This document shows positions 55,254-64,000 of a DNA stretch of 64,000 nucleotides, piece by piece. The position numbers and the translations under genes are program-made. The stretch is from the NCBI GenBank assembly GCA_041393775.1, contig JAWKJM010000005.1:2529-66528 (forward strand), written 5' to 3'. The notes under the pieces were generated by a model that worked only from the letters and a program-made list of their open reading frames with translations, did not search any database and was not told the DNA's origin. The stretch's first letter is position 1; every line of letters starts with the position of its first letter. This stretch comes from Candidatus Nanopelagicales bacterium. Lineage in GTDB: Bacteria > Actinomycetota > Actinomycetes > S36-B12 > UBA10799.

Positions 55254-56919
55254 TCGGCAGCCGCCGGTCCCGGCCGAAGGCCCTGAACGTGATCTTGGTG
55301 CCGGGCGGGTACTGACGGCGCTTCCATTCCGCGGCGTCCGTCAGTTGCACGATCCGGGCGACGAGGTCGGGGGCGTGCCCGCGCGCGACCATCTCAGTCG
55401 GCCCCAGGTCGCTGCCGACGTAGTCCTCCAGCAGGCGGTCGAGTGGTATGTAGTCGGGCAGTGAATCGGTGTCCAGCTGGTCGGGCCGCAGTTCCGCCGA
55501 CGGGGGCTTCTCGATGCTGTTCGGCGGGATAGGACCTGCCTGCCCGGCGCGCGCCGCGGACTCGTTGCGCCACCTCGCCATCTCCCAGACGAGCGTCTTG
55601 GGCACATCCTTGATGGGGGCGAATCCGCCCACCGCATCACCGTAGATCGTGGAATAGCCCACGGCCAGTTCGCTCTTGTTGCCCGTGGCCAGGACCAACT
55701 GACCCTCGGAGTTGCTGATCCCCATCAGGACGGCCCCGCGCACCCTGGCCTGGAGATTCTCCGCTGCGAGGCCGCTGAGATCAAGGTTGCGCCGATAGGC
55801 CTGGACCATGTCGTTGATCGGGATCGTGCGCAGGTTCATACCGGTCAGCACTGCGGATTCCGCCGCGTCGGCCAGGGAGTGTTCTGAGGAGTACTCGCTC
55901 GGCATGCGTACGCCGTGGACGTTCTGAGGTCCTATTGCGTCGCACGCGATAGCGGCGACCAGGGCCGAGTCGATCCCCCCGGACATTCCGAGGACCACCG
56001 AGGTGAACCCGTTCTTCCGGATGTAGTCGCGCAACCCTGTGACCAGGGCCATGTAGACCTCCCGGGCGTCACTGAGCGGCCGCGCGATCGAGGCCTGCAC
56101 CGACTCGCCGCCGGGACTGCCGGGTATTTCGAGGTCCACCGGACCGTTGCTCGCCGGGGCATCGATATCGCTGATCAGGAGATGGTCCACGAATTGCGGG
56201 GAGCGGGCGAGCAGTTCGCCGCCGGCATCGACGATCATCGAGTCGCCGTCGAACACCAACTCGTCCTGCCCACCCCACATGTTGACGTAGGCGACCGCAC
56301 TGCCGAGTTCGCGTGCCCGCTGTGCGCACAGCCCCAGCCGGACGTCATCCTTGTTGCGCTCGTACGGACTGCCATTGATCACAAGCAGGACGCCCGGCGG
56401 GTTCGCGCCGAGTGCGACCAGGGGCCCGGCGCTGACCCAGATGTCCTCACAGATGGCCAGCGCGACATCGACCTCACCGACACGGATCCGGCAGCCACTT
56501 TCCCCGGAGCGGAAGTAGCGTTGCTCGTCGAAGACGCCGTAGTTCGGCAGGTGGTGTTTCGCGTAGTCGGCGACCACAGACCCCCCATGCAGGACTGCGG
56601 CGGCGTTGTACCCCCGGCGGTCGGACGCATCCGGTGGCGGGGGTGCCAGATGGCCGACCACCACCACGGTCGCTCCCAGTCCTGCAGCGTCAAGGTCGCG
56701 GGCGAGTGTCTGCAGCGACTGGTCGCAGGCGCGCTGGAAACTCGGGCGAAGCGCGAGGTCCTCGACGGGGTACCCGGTCAGCATCATCTCCGGGAAGGCG
56801 ACGAGTTCGGCGCCGGAGGCGGCAGCCGCGGCAGTGGTCTCCACCACCAGAGCCCGGTTGCCCAGCAGGTCACCGACCGTGGGATTGACCTGCGCCAACG
56901 CTATCCGCAAACGTGCCAT
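55225..56919 (-). CDS. nadE: Glutamine-dependent NAD+ synthetase
   Basis: Internal ATG at 56919 gives MARLRIALAQVNPTVGDL. The N-terminal CN-hydrolase domain includes ICEDIW. The C-terminal NAD synthase domain has the P-loop GMSGGIDS. Confidence 0.92.
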   Translation of the reverse strand: MARLRIALAQVNPTVGDLLGNRALVVETTAAAAASGAELVAFPEMMLTGYPVEDLALRPSFQRACDQSLQTLARDLDAAGLGATVVVVGHLAPPPPDASDRRGYNAAAVLHGGSVVADYAKHHLPNYGVFDEQRYFRSGESGCRIRVGEVDVALAICEDIWVSAGPLVALGANPPGVLLVINGSPYERNKDDVRLGLCAQRARELGSAVAYVNMWGGQDELVFDGDSMIVDAGGELLARSPQFVDHLLISDIDAPASNGPVDLEIPGSPGGESVQASIARPLSDAREVYMALVTGLRDYIRKNGFTSVVLGMSGGIDSALVAAIACDAIGPQNVHGVRMPSEYSSEHSLADAAESAVLTGMNLRTIPINDMVQAYRRNLDLSGLAAENLQARVRGAVLMGISNSEGQLVLATGNKSELAVGYSTIYGDAVGGFAPIKDVPKTLVWEMARWRNESAARAGQAGPIPPNSIEKPPSAELRPDQLDTDSLPDYIPLDRLLEDYVGSDLGPTEMVARGHAPDLVARIVQLTDAAEWKRRQYPPGTKITFRAFGRDRRLPITNRWREHP

Positions 56920-56994
56920 ACGCCCAGTCTGGCAAACCCTGATCGGCGACGAACTCCCACTGGGTCCATCAACTCCGCGAGCCTCGGCTGAACC

Positions 56995-57112
56995 GTTGTG
57001 ACGAAGTTGCGAGGCCAGGAGCGCCAATGTCACGTTGTTGGGCGGTCCCGGCGGACGCGACCCCGCACCTTCGTCACATAGCAGGTGACCGGGACGGCAC
57101 CTTCGTCACAAT
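56995..57112. repeat. Family-2 repeat cluster B (one forward unit and two reverse units)
   Basis: TTGTGACGAAGTTGCG (56996-), CGCACCTTCGTCACAT (57064-) and GGCACCTTCGTCACAAT (57096-), in the nadE/glnA2 divergent intergenic region. Confidence 0.8.
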
Positions 57113-57187
57113 CGTGCGCTGCCCGGGAATGCAAGGCTGCGTGGCCGCAGACCGACAGCCCCATAGTCGATACGGCAGGATGGGGCC

Positions 57188-58522
57188 ATGGACAAGCAGA
57201 CAGAGTACGTTCTGCGCACCATCGAGGAACGTGACATCCGCTTCGTACGGCTGTGGTTCACCGATGTGCTGGGCATCCTGAAGTCGGTCTCGATCGCACC
57301 GGCCGAACTCGAAGGGGCGTTCGCCGAGGGCATCGGGTTCGATGGGTCGGCGATCGAAGGCTTCTCGAGAGTCACCGAGTCGGACATGCTCGCCAAACCC
57401 GATCCAGCCAGTTTCCAGGTACTCCCGTGGCGCGGTGACGACATGCCGGTCGCCCGCATCTTCTGCGACATCCTGCTCCCCGACGGCTCACCGTCGTACG
57501 CGGACCCGCGCTGGGTCCTCAAGCGACAGTTGGCCCGGGCCGCCCAGCAGGGGTTCACCTTCTACACCCATCCCGAGATCGAGTTCTTCTTGTTCAAGGA
57601 CCTGCCTGAGGAGGGCACGGCCCCGGTCCCGGTTGACAGTGTCGGGTACTTCGACCACAGCCCGCATCCAGCCGGCCAGGACTTCCGGCGGCAGGCGATC
57701 TCCACGCTGGAGCACATGGGAATCTCTGTGGAGTTCTCCCACCACGAGGGCGGCCCCGGCCAGCAGGAGATCGACCTGCGCTACGCCGATGCCCTGACGA
57801 CGGCGGACAACATCATGACGTTCCGGCTGGTGGTGAAAGAGGTGGCGCTGGAACACGGCGTCGTGGCCTCCTTCATGCCCAAGCCGTTCACCGATCACCC
57901 GGGCTCCGGTATGCACACGCATGTCAGCCTCTTCGAAGGTGACTCGAACGCCTTCTTCGAGCCCGGAGCCGATCTGCAACTGTCAGTACTCGCACGGCAG
58001 TTCATCGCGGGCCTGTTGCGCCATGCGCCCGAGATCACCGCCGTCACCAACCAGTGGATCAACTCGTACAAGCGCCTTGCCGGTGGGGGAGAGGCGCCCA
58101 GTTACATCTGCTGGGGGCACAACAACCGGTCGGCGCTCGTGCGGGTGCCCATGTACAAACCGGCGAAGGGGCAGTCGACCCGAGTCGAGTTCAGGTCGCT
58201 GGACAGTGCCACGAACCCCTACCTGGCCTATGCGTTGATCCTGGCCGCCGGGCTCAAAGGCATCGAGGAGAAGTACGAACTGCCCCCGGCGACCGAGGAC
58301 GATGTCTGGGCGCTGACCGACGGGGAGCGCCGGGCGCTGGGCCTGCAACCCCTGCCCGGCACCCTCGAGCAGGCCATCACCGCCATGGAGAACTCCGAAC
58401 TCGTGGCGGAGACCCTCGGCGAACACGTCTTCGACTTCTTCTTGCGCAACAAGAAGCGCGAGTGGCAGGAGTACCGCTCGCATGTGACCCGCTTCGAGTT
58501 GGAGCGGTACCTGTCGCTATGA
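57188..58522 (+). CDS. glnA: Type I glutamine synthetase (GlnA2-like, 444 aa)
   Basis: N-terminus IRFVRLWFTDVLGILKSVSI. Contains GSGMHTH and NPYLA motifs. It lies immediately upstream of glnE, as in mycobacterial glnA2-glnE. Confidence 0.92.
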   Translation: MDKQTEYVLRTIEERDIRFVRLWFTDVLGILKSVSIAPAELEGAFAEGIGFDGSAIEGFSRVTESDMLAKPDPASFQVLPWRGDDMPVARIFCDILLPDGSPSYADPRWVLKRQLARAAQQGFTFYTHPEIEFFLFKDLPEEGTAPVPVDSVGYFDHSPHPAGQDFRRQAISTLEHMGISVEFSHHEGGPGQQEIDLRYADALTTADNIMTFRLVVKEVALEHGVVASFMPKPFTDHPGSGMHTHVSLFEGDSNAFFEPGADLQLSVLARQFIAGLLRHAPEITAVTNQWINSYKRLAGGGEAPSYICWGHNNRSALVRVPMYKPAKGQSTRVEFRSLDSATNPYLAYALILAAGLKGIEEKYELPPATEDDVWALTDGERRALGLQPLPGTLEQAITAMENSELVAETLGEHVFDFFLRNKKREWQEYRSHVTRFELERYLSL

Positions 58523-61446
58523 GTCCCCGCCGGGCCAGCCTGCAGTCCGAGTTCGTACGGATCGGCTTCACCGACGCCGAGGCGGCTGCTGATCGCATGC
58601 TGGTGCTCTCCGAGGCCGGCTACGACGACGTGCTGGATCCTGCCGACTTCGTGATGGCGGCAGACCCAGACCGCGCACTTACGGTGCTGGTCGACATCGC
58701 TGCCGACAATCCGGCGTGCCGGGCGGTGCTCGCGGATCCGGTCCACAAGACCCGCCTGCTGTCCCTGATCGGACTCTCGGAGAGCCTCGGCGGTTTCCTG
58801 CAGCGCTACCCGAAACTGGTCGAAGCCGTTGTGCCCGACAACGCGCAGGGCGCCACGCAGAGGATCCTCGCCTCGATCTGCGGAGACAATCCCATGCTCG
58901 ATCTACGGGTGGCGTACCGGCGCGAACTACTGGGCGTAGCGGCTCGGGATCTCTCCGGCGAGGCGCTGTTGCCGACCACGATGGCCGAACTCACCGGGCT
59001 TGCGGATGCGGCCCTGCAGGCCTGCTACGAGCTGGCGGCCACCCAGGTCGGGGATGCGGCTTCCACGGTGCGACTCGCCGTCGTCGCGATGGGCAAGTGC
59101 GGTGCCGAGGAACTCAACTACATCTCCGACGTCGACGTGGTGTTCGTCGCGGAGCCCAATGGTGATGCCTCCAAAGACGAAGCCATGCGCGCTGGTCAGC
59201 AGATCGCCAGCAAACTGATGCAGATCGCCAACGCTGCGACGTCGGAGGGCTCCATCTGGGAGGTGGATGCCGCGCTGCGACCGGAGGGCAAGGCGGGTGC
59301 CCTTGTGCGGACAGTGGACTCCTACGTCGCGTACTACGCGAAGTGGGCCAAGACCTGGGAGTACCAGGCGCTGCTGAAAGCCCGGCCGGCGGCCGGGGAC
59401 CTGGAACTGGGGGCCGGGTACGTCGACGCGGTCATCGATTTCGTGTGGTCGGCGGCAGACCGGGAGAACTTCGTCGACGACGTGCAGGCCATGCGCAGGC
59501 GCGTCGAGGCGCATATTCCCGAGAAGCAGGCGGCCCGGGAGATCAAACTGGGTCGAGGTGGGCTGCGCGACGTCGAGTTCGCCGTCCAACTGCTGCAATT
59601 GGTGCACGGCCGCAGCGACGTCACGCTGCGATCCCGGGCGACGCTCAACGCGCTCGAGGCGCTGGCGATCTGGGGATACGTCGGTCGTGAGGATGCGGCC
59701 GGCCTGTCTGCGGCCTATCGCTTCTTGAGGATCCTGGAGCACCGCGTGCAGCTGCGGCAGATGAGGCGCACGCATCTGTTCCCCGACCGGGAATCCGAGT
59801 TGCGGATCGTCGCCCGGTCGATGGGCATGCGTACGGACCCGGCTGCCGAGATCGAGGCGGCTTTCGCCAAGCAGGTCAGACAAGTGCGACGCCTGCACGA
59901 GAAGTTGTTCTACCGGCCGTTGCTCAATGCGGTGGCCCGGCTTGATTCCGGCGAGGCCAGATTGACCCCGGAAGCTGCCGAAGAGCGTCTGCGCGCGCTG
60001 GGCTACCAGGACCCAAAGGGGGCCCTGCGCCATCTTGAGTCCTTGACCAACGGCGTCAGCCGGCGTGCTGCCATCCAGCGAACCCTGCTGCCGGTGATGC
60101 TCGGCTGGTTCGCGGACTGCCCGGATCCGGATGCCGGGCTGCTGGGATTCCGCCGGGTCTCCGACGAACTGGGATCGACGCCGTGGTACCTGCGGCTGTT
60201 GCGCGACGAATCGCAGACGGCGGAGAACATGGCGTACATTCTGGCGTCGTCGCGTTTCACCACGGACCTTCTGCTGCGGGCACCGGAAGCGGTCCAGATC
60301 CTGGCCGACAACGAGAACCTGCGCGCCCGCCCTGCGGCCGACATCTCGGTGGAGGCGGTGACGGCAGGGTTGCGGCAGAGCGACCCGGAGGCGGCGATCG
60401 CCGCGATCCGGGCGACTCGTCGCCGTGAGCTGTTCCGGATATCGGCCGCAGACTGCCTCGACCAGTTGTCCGTCGACGAAGTCGGTCTGGCCTTGTCGGC
60501 CATCGCGGATGCGACGATTCAGGCCGCACTGGCAGTCGCCACGCAGGCGATTGAATTTGACGGGCGGTGCGCCGAGGACCTCATCGAATTCGTCGTGATC
60601 GGGATGGGCCGATATGGGGGCGAGGAGTTGGGCTACGGCTCGGACGCAGATGCGATGTTCGTGTACCGAACCCGCCCGGACGTCGATGAGACGATGGCCT
60701 CGGACGCCGCGCTGGCGGTGGCCAACGAATTGCGCCGGCTGTTGTCCCTGCCGAGCGCCGATCCGCCGATCGACATGGACACCGACCTGCGACCGGAGGG
60801 CCGCAACGGCCCGCTCGTGCGGTCGCTGGCGTCGTATGAGGCGTACTACCGGCGATGGTCGGCCGCATGGGAGGCCCAGGCCCTGCTGCGGGCCCGGCCG
60901 GTCGCGGGGTCCCCGGCTCTGCAGGACGCGTTCGTCGCGGTGATTGATCCCATCCGGTACCCGAGCGGCGGTGTGAGCCCAGCGGACCTGACCGAGATGC
61001 GCCGGCTCAAGGCGCGGATGGAGGCCGAACGGCTTCCGCGCGGGGCGGACCCGGCCATGCACGTCAAACTCGGGCGCGGCGGTCTCACCGACGTCGAGTG
61101 GGTCGCGCAGTTGCAGCAGCTGCAGCACGGGCACGAGGTCGAAGAGTTGCGCACCCCCCGCACGGTGGCCGTCCTCGAACACTGTGCGGCGACGGGTCTG
61201 ATCGAAGAGCAGGACTGTGACCGGCTCGTGGATGCATGGCGGCTGGCCTCCTCGATCCGTGATGCGATCATGCTCAGTTCCGGGCGGGCCAGTGATTCCG
61301 TGCCCACCGACTACCGCACTCTGGCCCGGGTCGCGCACTTGCTGCACTACCCACCGCAAGACCGCGGAGCAGTGCCGGAGGACTACCGCCGGCTCACCCG
61401 GCGGGCCCGCCAGGTCATGGAACGCATCTTCTACGGACTGCCGTGA
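58519..61446 (+). CDS. glnE: Bifunctional glutamine synthetase adenylyltransferase / adenylyl-removing enzyme
   Basis: Internal ATG at 58519 overlaps the glnA stop. There are two nucleotidyltransferase halves (GKCGAEELNYISDVDVVF and GRYGGEELGYGSDADAMF), each followed by LRPEG. Confidence 0.93.
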   Translation: MSPRRASLQSEFVRIGFTDAEAAADRMLVLSEAGYDDVLDPADFVMAADPDRALTVLVDIAADNPACRAVLADPVHKTRLLSLIGLSESLGGFLQRYPKLVEAVVPDNAQGATQRILASICGDNPMLDLRVAYRRELLGVAARDLSGEALLPTTMAELTGLADAALQACYELAATQVGDAASTVRLAVVAMGKCGAEELNYISDVDVVFVAEPNGDASKDEAMRAGQQIASKLMQIANAATSEGSIWEVDAALRPEGKAGALVRTVDSYVAYYAKWAKTWEYQALLKARPAAGDLELGAGYVDAVIDFVWSAADRENFVDDVQAMRRRVEAHIPEKQAAREIKLGRGGLRDVEFAVQLLQLVHGRSDVTLRSRATLNALEALAIWGYVGREDAAGLSAAYRFLRILEHRVQLRQMRRTHLFPDRESELRIVARSMGMRTDPAAEIEAAFAKQVRQVRRLHEKLFYRPLLNAVARLDSGEARLTPEAAEERLRALGYQDPKGALRHLESLTNGVSRRAAIQRTLLPVMLGWFADCPDPDAGLLGFRRVSDELGSTPWYLRLLRDESQTAENMAYILASSRFTTDLLLRAPEAVQILADNENLRARPAADISVEAVTAGLRQSDPEAAIAAIRATRRRELFRISAADCLDQLSVDEVGLALSAIADATIQAALAVATQAIEFDGRCAEDLIEFVVIGMGRYGGEELGYGSDADAMFVYRTRPDVDETMASDAALAVANELRRLLSLPSADPPIDMDTDLRPEGRNGPLVRSLASYEAYYRRWSAAWEAQALLRARPVAGSPALQDAFVAVIDPIRYPSGGVSPADLTEMRRLKARMEAERLPRGADPAMHVKLGRGGLTDVEWVAQLQQLQHGHEVEELRTPRTVAVLEHCAATGLIEEQDCDRLVDAWRLASSIRDAIMLSSGRASDSVPTDYRTLARVAHLLHYPPQDRGAVPEDYRRLTRRARQVMERIFYGLP

Positions 61447-61475
61447 CCGTCGGCGCACGGGTACATTGATCAACC

Positions 61476-62975
61476 ATGCAGAAGGCAGTCGACTTCCCGG
61501 CGGCCAGCAGCGGAGCACGGAGCACGACGGCCACCGGCCGCGCGGTCATCGCGGACGCTTTGCGAGGGGTTGATCCGGCGGCCGCCCGGCGGGTGGAGGC
61601 GATCAAGGACTGGCGCAGCGGATACTTGGAGGCCATTCGCGAACTCGTGGTTGTCGCGGCGGCCAACCCGCAGGCCGCGGTTGAGGTGTCCCAGAGTGGT
61701 CTGGACTCGCTGCACGACAGGTTCGTGTGGAGCGACGCGGAGAGCGATCGGCCCTTGTTGGCCGCGCTGTCCGTCAGCGATCACGAGGGGATGGACACTT
61801 TCGAGGTCATCGGACGCAACGAGCGGATCACGGACTTCTCGGTTCCCTACCGGGGCCGGCGGCTCTCCGGCGGGGACCTGCACCGACAACTCGACGACTG
61901 GGTTGCCCGCGGCGTGACCGAACCATCGTTCGCCGATGCTGTGCGCGCGGTGATGGCCAACCCGGAATGGCTGGATCTCACCGGCGTCCAAGTGGCTGTT
62001 GTGGGGGCTGCTGCGGAGATGGGACCGCTGCGGCAGCTGCTCGACTGGGGTGCCACCGTCTATGCAGTGGATCTGCCCAACCAGGCCGCGTGGGACCGGA
62101 TCATGGCGACGGGGAAGTCCTCGGCCGGCCGGCTGGCGGTGCCGGTTCCGCGGGGGTCGGTGAACGTCGACACAGTGTCCGACTCGCGGGTGGCAGGCCT
62201 CGCCGGCGTCGATGTGATCTCGGGGGCCGACGCCGTGCTGGCCTGGTTGCGTGAGATCGAGGGTGCCTTCACGCTCGGCAACTACGCATACGCAGACGGT
62301 GGCCTGCATGTGCGCGTCTCCATGGCGATCGATGCGCTGACGGTCCTGCTCTCGCGGTCGAACCCCGAGGTCTCGCTGGCGTTCCTGGCCACTCCGACCG
62401 ATGTGTTCGCGGTCCCGGAGGCTGCGGTGGCGATGGCCCGCGAGAGATGGCAGGCACGACGTACCCGGCGGCTGCTGCAGGCGCCCCTGCACCTGGCGAA
62501 CCTCTTCGCGCCGGCCTACCGGGAGACCGTCATCGATGACACCGGCCACGAGGTCGGAATCGCAGACTGCCTGGTTCCACAGCAGGGCCCGAACTACGCG
62601 TTGGCCAAACGGCTGCAGAGATGGCGCGCGATAGTTGCCAGGCAGGCGGGACAGACCGTGTCGCTCAACGTCGCGCCGGCCACGCGCACCCGGTCGGTGC
62701 TGAAGAACCGTGCGCTCTCGGCCGCATACGCCGGTGCCGGTCGGTTCGGGATCGAAGTCTTCGCGCCCTCGACGGCGAACATGCTCATGGCGGCGTTGCT
62801 CGTGCGGGACCTGCGCGATCCGCAATCCGCGTCCAATCCGGCGCGGGACCTGCACAACCCGATGAACCTGTTCGCCGATGCCGCCAATCACGGCGGATTG
62901 TGGCGAGCCGCCTACGAACCTCGCTCGGTCCTGTCGCTGGCGGCGGTGTTAGGACTGTTCGTCCGCAACGCGTAG
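61476..62975 (+). CDS. Hypothetical protein (499 aa) with a possible dinucleotide-binding fold
   Basis: The amino-acid composition is native-looking, whereas the antisense ORF is R-rich. A beta-alpha-beta-like segment VQVAVVGAAAEMGPLRQLLDWGATVYAVDLP is present. I recognise no family. Confidence 0.65.
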   Translation: MQKAVDFPAASSGARSTTATGRAVIADALRGVDPAAARRVEAIKDWRSGYLEAIRELVVVAAANPQAAVEVSQSGLDSLHDRFVWSDAESDRPLLAALSVSDHEGMDTFEVIGRNERITDFSVPYRGRRLSGGDLHRQLDDWVARGVTEPSFADAVRAVMANPEWLDLTGVQVAVVGAAAEMGPLRQLLDWGATVYAVDLPNQAAWDRIMATGKSSAGRLAVPVPRGSVNVDTVSDSRVAGLAGVDVISGADAVLAWLREIEGAFTLGNYAYADGGLHVRVSMAIDALTVLLSRSNPEVSLAFLATPTDVFAVPEAAVAMARERWQARRTRRLLQAPLHLANLFAPAYRETVIDDTGHEVGIADCLVPQQGPNYALAKRLQRWRAIVARQAGQTVSLNVAPATRTRSVLKNRALSAAYAGAGRFGIEVFAPSTANMLMAALLVRDLRDPQSASNPARDLHNPMNLFADAANHGGLWRAAYEPRSVLSLAAVLGLFVRNA

Positions 62976-63024
62976 GAGAAGGTGGCCTCCCGGCGTGATC
63001 TGGCTCATCCGGCTCAGCCGGCCG

Positions 63025-63285
63025 CCGGCGGGTCTTTGTGAGGAAGTTGGGGCCGGTGAGTGTGCTGTGTGTCGAAGGTGGGGGCTAGGCGCCCGCTGGA
63101 CCCCGCACCTTCGTCACAACGCCGCCGGATGCCCTGCACCTTCGTCACAACGCTTCGGTCCGAGGCCACCGGCGGGTCTTTGTGAGGAAGTTGGGGCCGG
63201 TGAGTGTGCTGTGTGTCGAAGGTGGGGGCTAGGCGCCCGCTGGATGCCCCGCACCTTCGTCACAACGCTTCGGTCCGAGGCCAAC
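63025..63285. repeat. Family-2 repeat cluster C: tandem duplication (144-bp period; the second copy is about 32 bp shorter) of a hairpin-containing unit
   Basis: CCGGCGGGTCTTTGTGAGGAAGTTGGGGCCGGTGAGTGTGCTGTGTGTCGAAGGTGGGGGCTAGGCGCCCGCTGGA begins at 63025 and again at 63169. Each copy is followed by one or two CGCACCTTCGTCACAAC units. Confidence 0.9.
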
Positions 63286-63347
63286 GGCCGCCCGCTCGGG
63301 TGCATGGCCGGGGGAATACCGACCCGGCCCAACGTTGTTAGCCTGCC

Positions 63348-64000
63348 GTGAGCAACAGCGTTGATCTCGAACTGGAGGGGATGACCTGCGCTTCGTGCGC
63401 AGCCCGGATCGAGAAGAAACTGAACGCTCTGCCCGGTGTCGAGGCGACCGTCAACTTCGCGACCCACACGGCGCACGTCCAGTTGCCCGCGCGAGTCAGC
63501 GTCGACGACTGTGTCGCGGCGGTGGAGAAAGCCGGCTACGGCGCCTCGGAGCATGAGGCCGACCACGACCACGACGTCTACGCCGACCCGACCCTGCTCA
63601 GACGGCTGATCGTTGCTGCCGTGCTGGCGGTACCGGTGATCGTCATGTCGATGACCATGCCGGAATCGACCGCGGTCAAGTGGGTCGTCGCACTGCTGGC
63701 CACCCCGGTGGTGGTGTGGAGCGCGTGGCCGTTCCACCGGGCGGCCTTCAACGCTGCCAGGCACGGCGGCACCACGATGGACACTCTCGTGAGTCTGGGC
63801 GTGCTCGCGGCGTACACATGGTCCTTGGTGTCGCTGTTCACGGGCGGCCACATCTACTTCGAAGTGGCGGTCACGGTTACGACATTCCTGTTGGCCGGTC
63901 GATACGCCGAAGCCCGCGCCAAGAGGCGTGCGGGGGAGGCGGTGACCTCGCTGCTGAAGATGGGGGCCAAGGAGGCGACTGTCCTGCGCAACGGCGTCGA
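63348..64000 (+). CDS. copA: Copper-translocating P1B-type ATPase, N-terminal part (runs off the window)
   Basis: Own translation from GTG at 63348 gives VSNSVDLELEGMTCASCAARIEKKLNALPGVEATVNF... This is an HMA domain with GMTCASC, followed by the first TM helices. It is not in the ORF track because there is no stop in the window. Confidence 0.9.
   Translation, partial: MSNSVDLELEGMTCASCAARIEKKLNALPGVEATVNFATHTAHVQLPARVSVDDCVAAVEKAGYGASEHEADHDHDVYADPTLLRRLIVAAVLAVPVIVMSMTMPESTAVKWVVALLATPVVVWSAWPFHRAAFNAARHGGTTMDTLVSLGVLAAYTWSLVSLFTGGHIYFEVAVTVTTFLLAGRYAEARAKRRAGEAVTSLLKMGAKEATVLRNGV

Noticed and set aside
57064-57112. Family-2 units upstream of glnA2 as GlnR boxes
   Set aside because: The units do not fit the GTnAC-n6-GaAAC pattern I know for actinobacterial GlnR. 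The same units occur after galT and before copA, which are not nitrogen genes.
62995-63351. 118-aa Cys-rich ORF upstream of copA as a genuine metallochaperone-like gene
   Set aside because: Many codons end in A or T, which is atypical for this genome. The Cys codons derive from the TTGTGA-type family-2 units, which also occur at non-coding sites elsewhere. The ORF is kept only as a leader-peptide possibility in the findings.

Overview
High-GC (visibly about 70%, not computed) actinobacterial chromosome segment, probably Micrococcales-like. Hallmarks are DipZ, PpgK, an F420 reductase, glnA2-glnE, and several likely leaderless or 4-nt-overlapping genes.

The right third (about 46.3-64 kb) is housekeeping: ppgK, map, panB, nadE, glnA2, glnE, a P2-type ATPase, and the start of a copper P1B-ATPase. 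The left two thirds (about 4.3-46.3 kb) are a mosaic of small functional modules:
- secreted proteins plus a two-component system
- SDR, a molybdopterin oxidoreductase and a TetR regulator
- a CGNR regulator and an EamA transporter
- hydrolase, PucR, GNAT and a lipase-like protein
- an alcohol dehydrogenase and 5-oxoprolinase
- an L,D-transpeptidase plus a truncated P-type ATPase
- aqpZ-zur-znuBCA
- GH1, galK, galT, small stress proteins, GH36, ICMT and MarR

The most striking signal is non-coding. A modular, hairpin-centred repeat family occupies 10 intergenic loci between these modules, in both orientations. It is built on a GGTTAGAGA motif with a CACGTG-centred loop. One copy carries compensatory changes in both arms, and one copy is split by an IS1380-family insertion with a TTAG target duplication. 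I do not recognise it as a named family. It is my best candidate for something undescribed.

A second, shorter repeat family (core TTGTGACGAAGGTGC) sits at three intergenic sites and is tandemly duplicated just upstream of copA.

Other points of interest:
- a Met-rich lipoprotein with a perfect 39-bp tandem repeat, downstream of dipZ
- a secreted protein built of 11-residue repeats, upstream of the two-component system
- a 5'-truncated P-type ATPase
- a 499-aa unknown protein downstream of glnE

I saw no rRNA, tRNA, CRISPR array, cas genes, prophage, or recognisable defence or toxin-antitoxin genes. All calls come from reading the sequence and the ORF track. No searches or folding computations were run.
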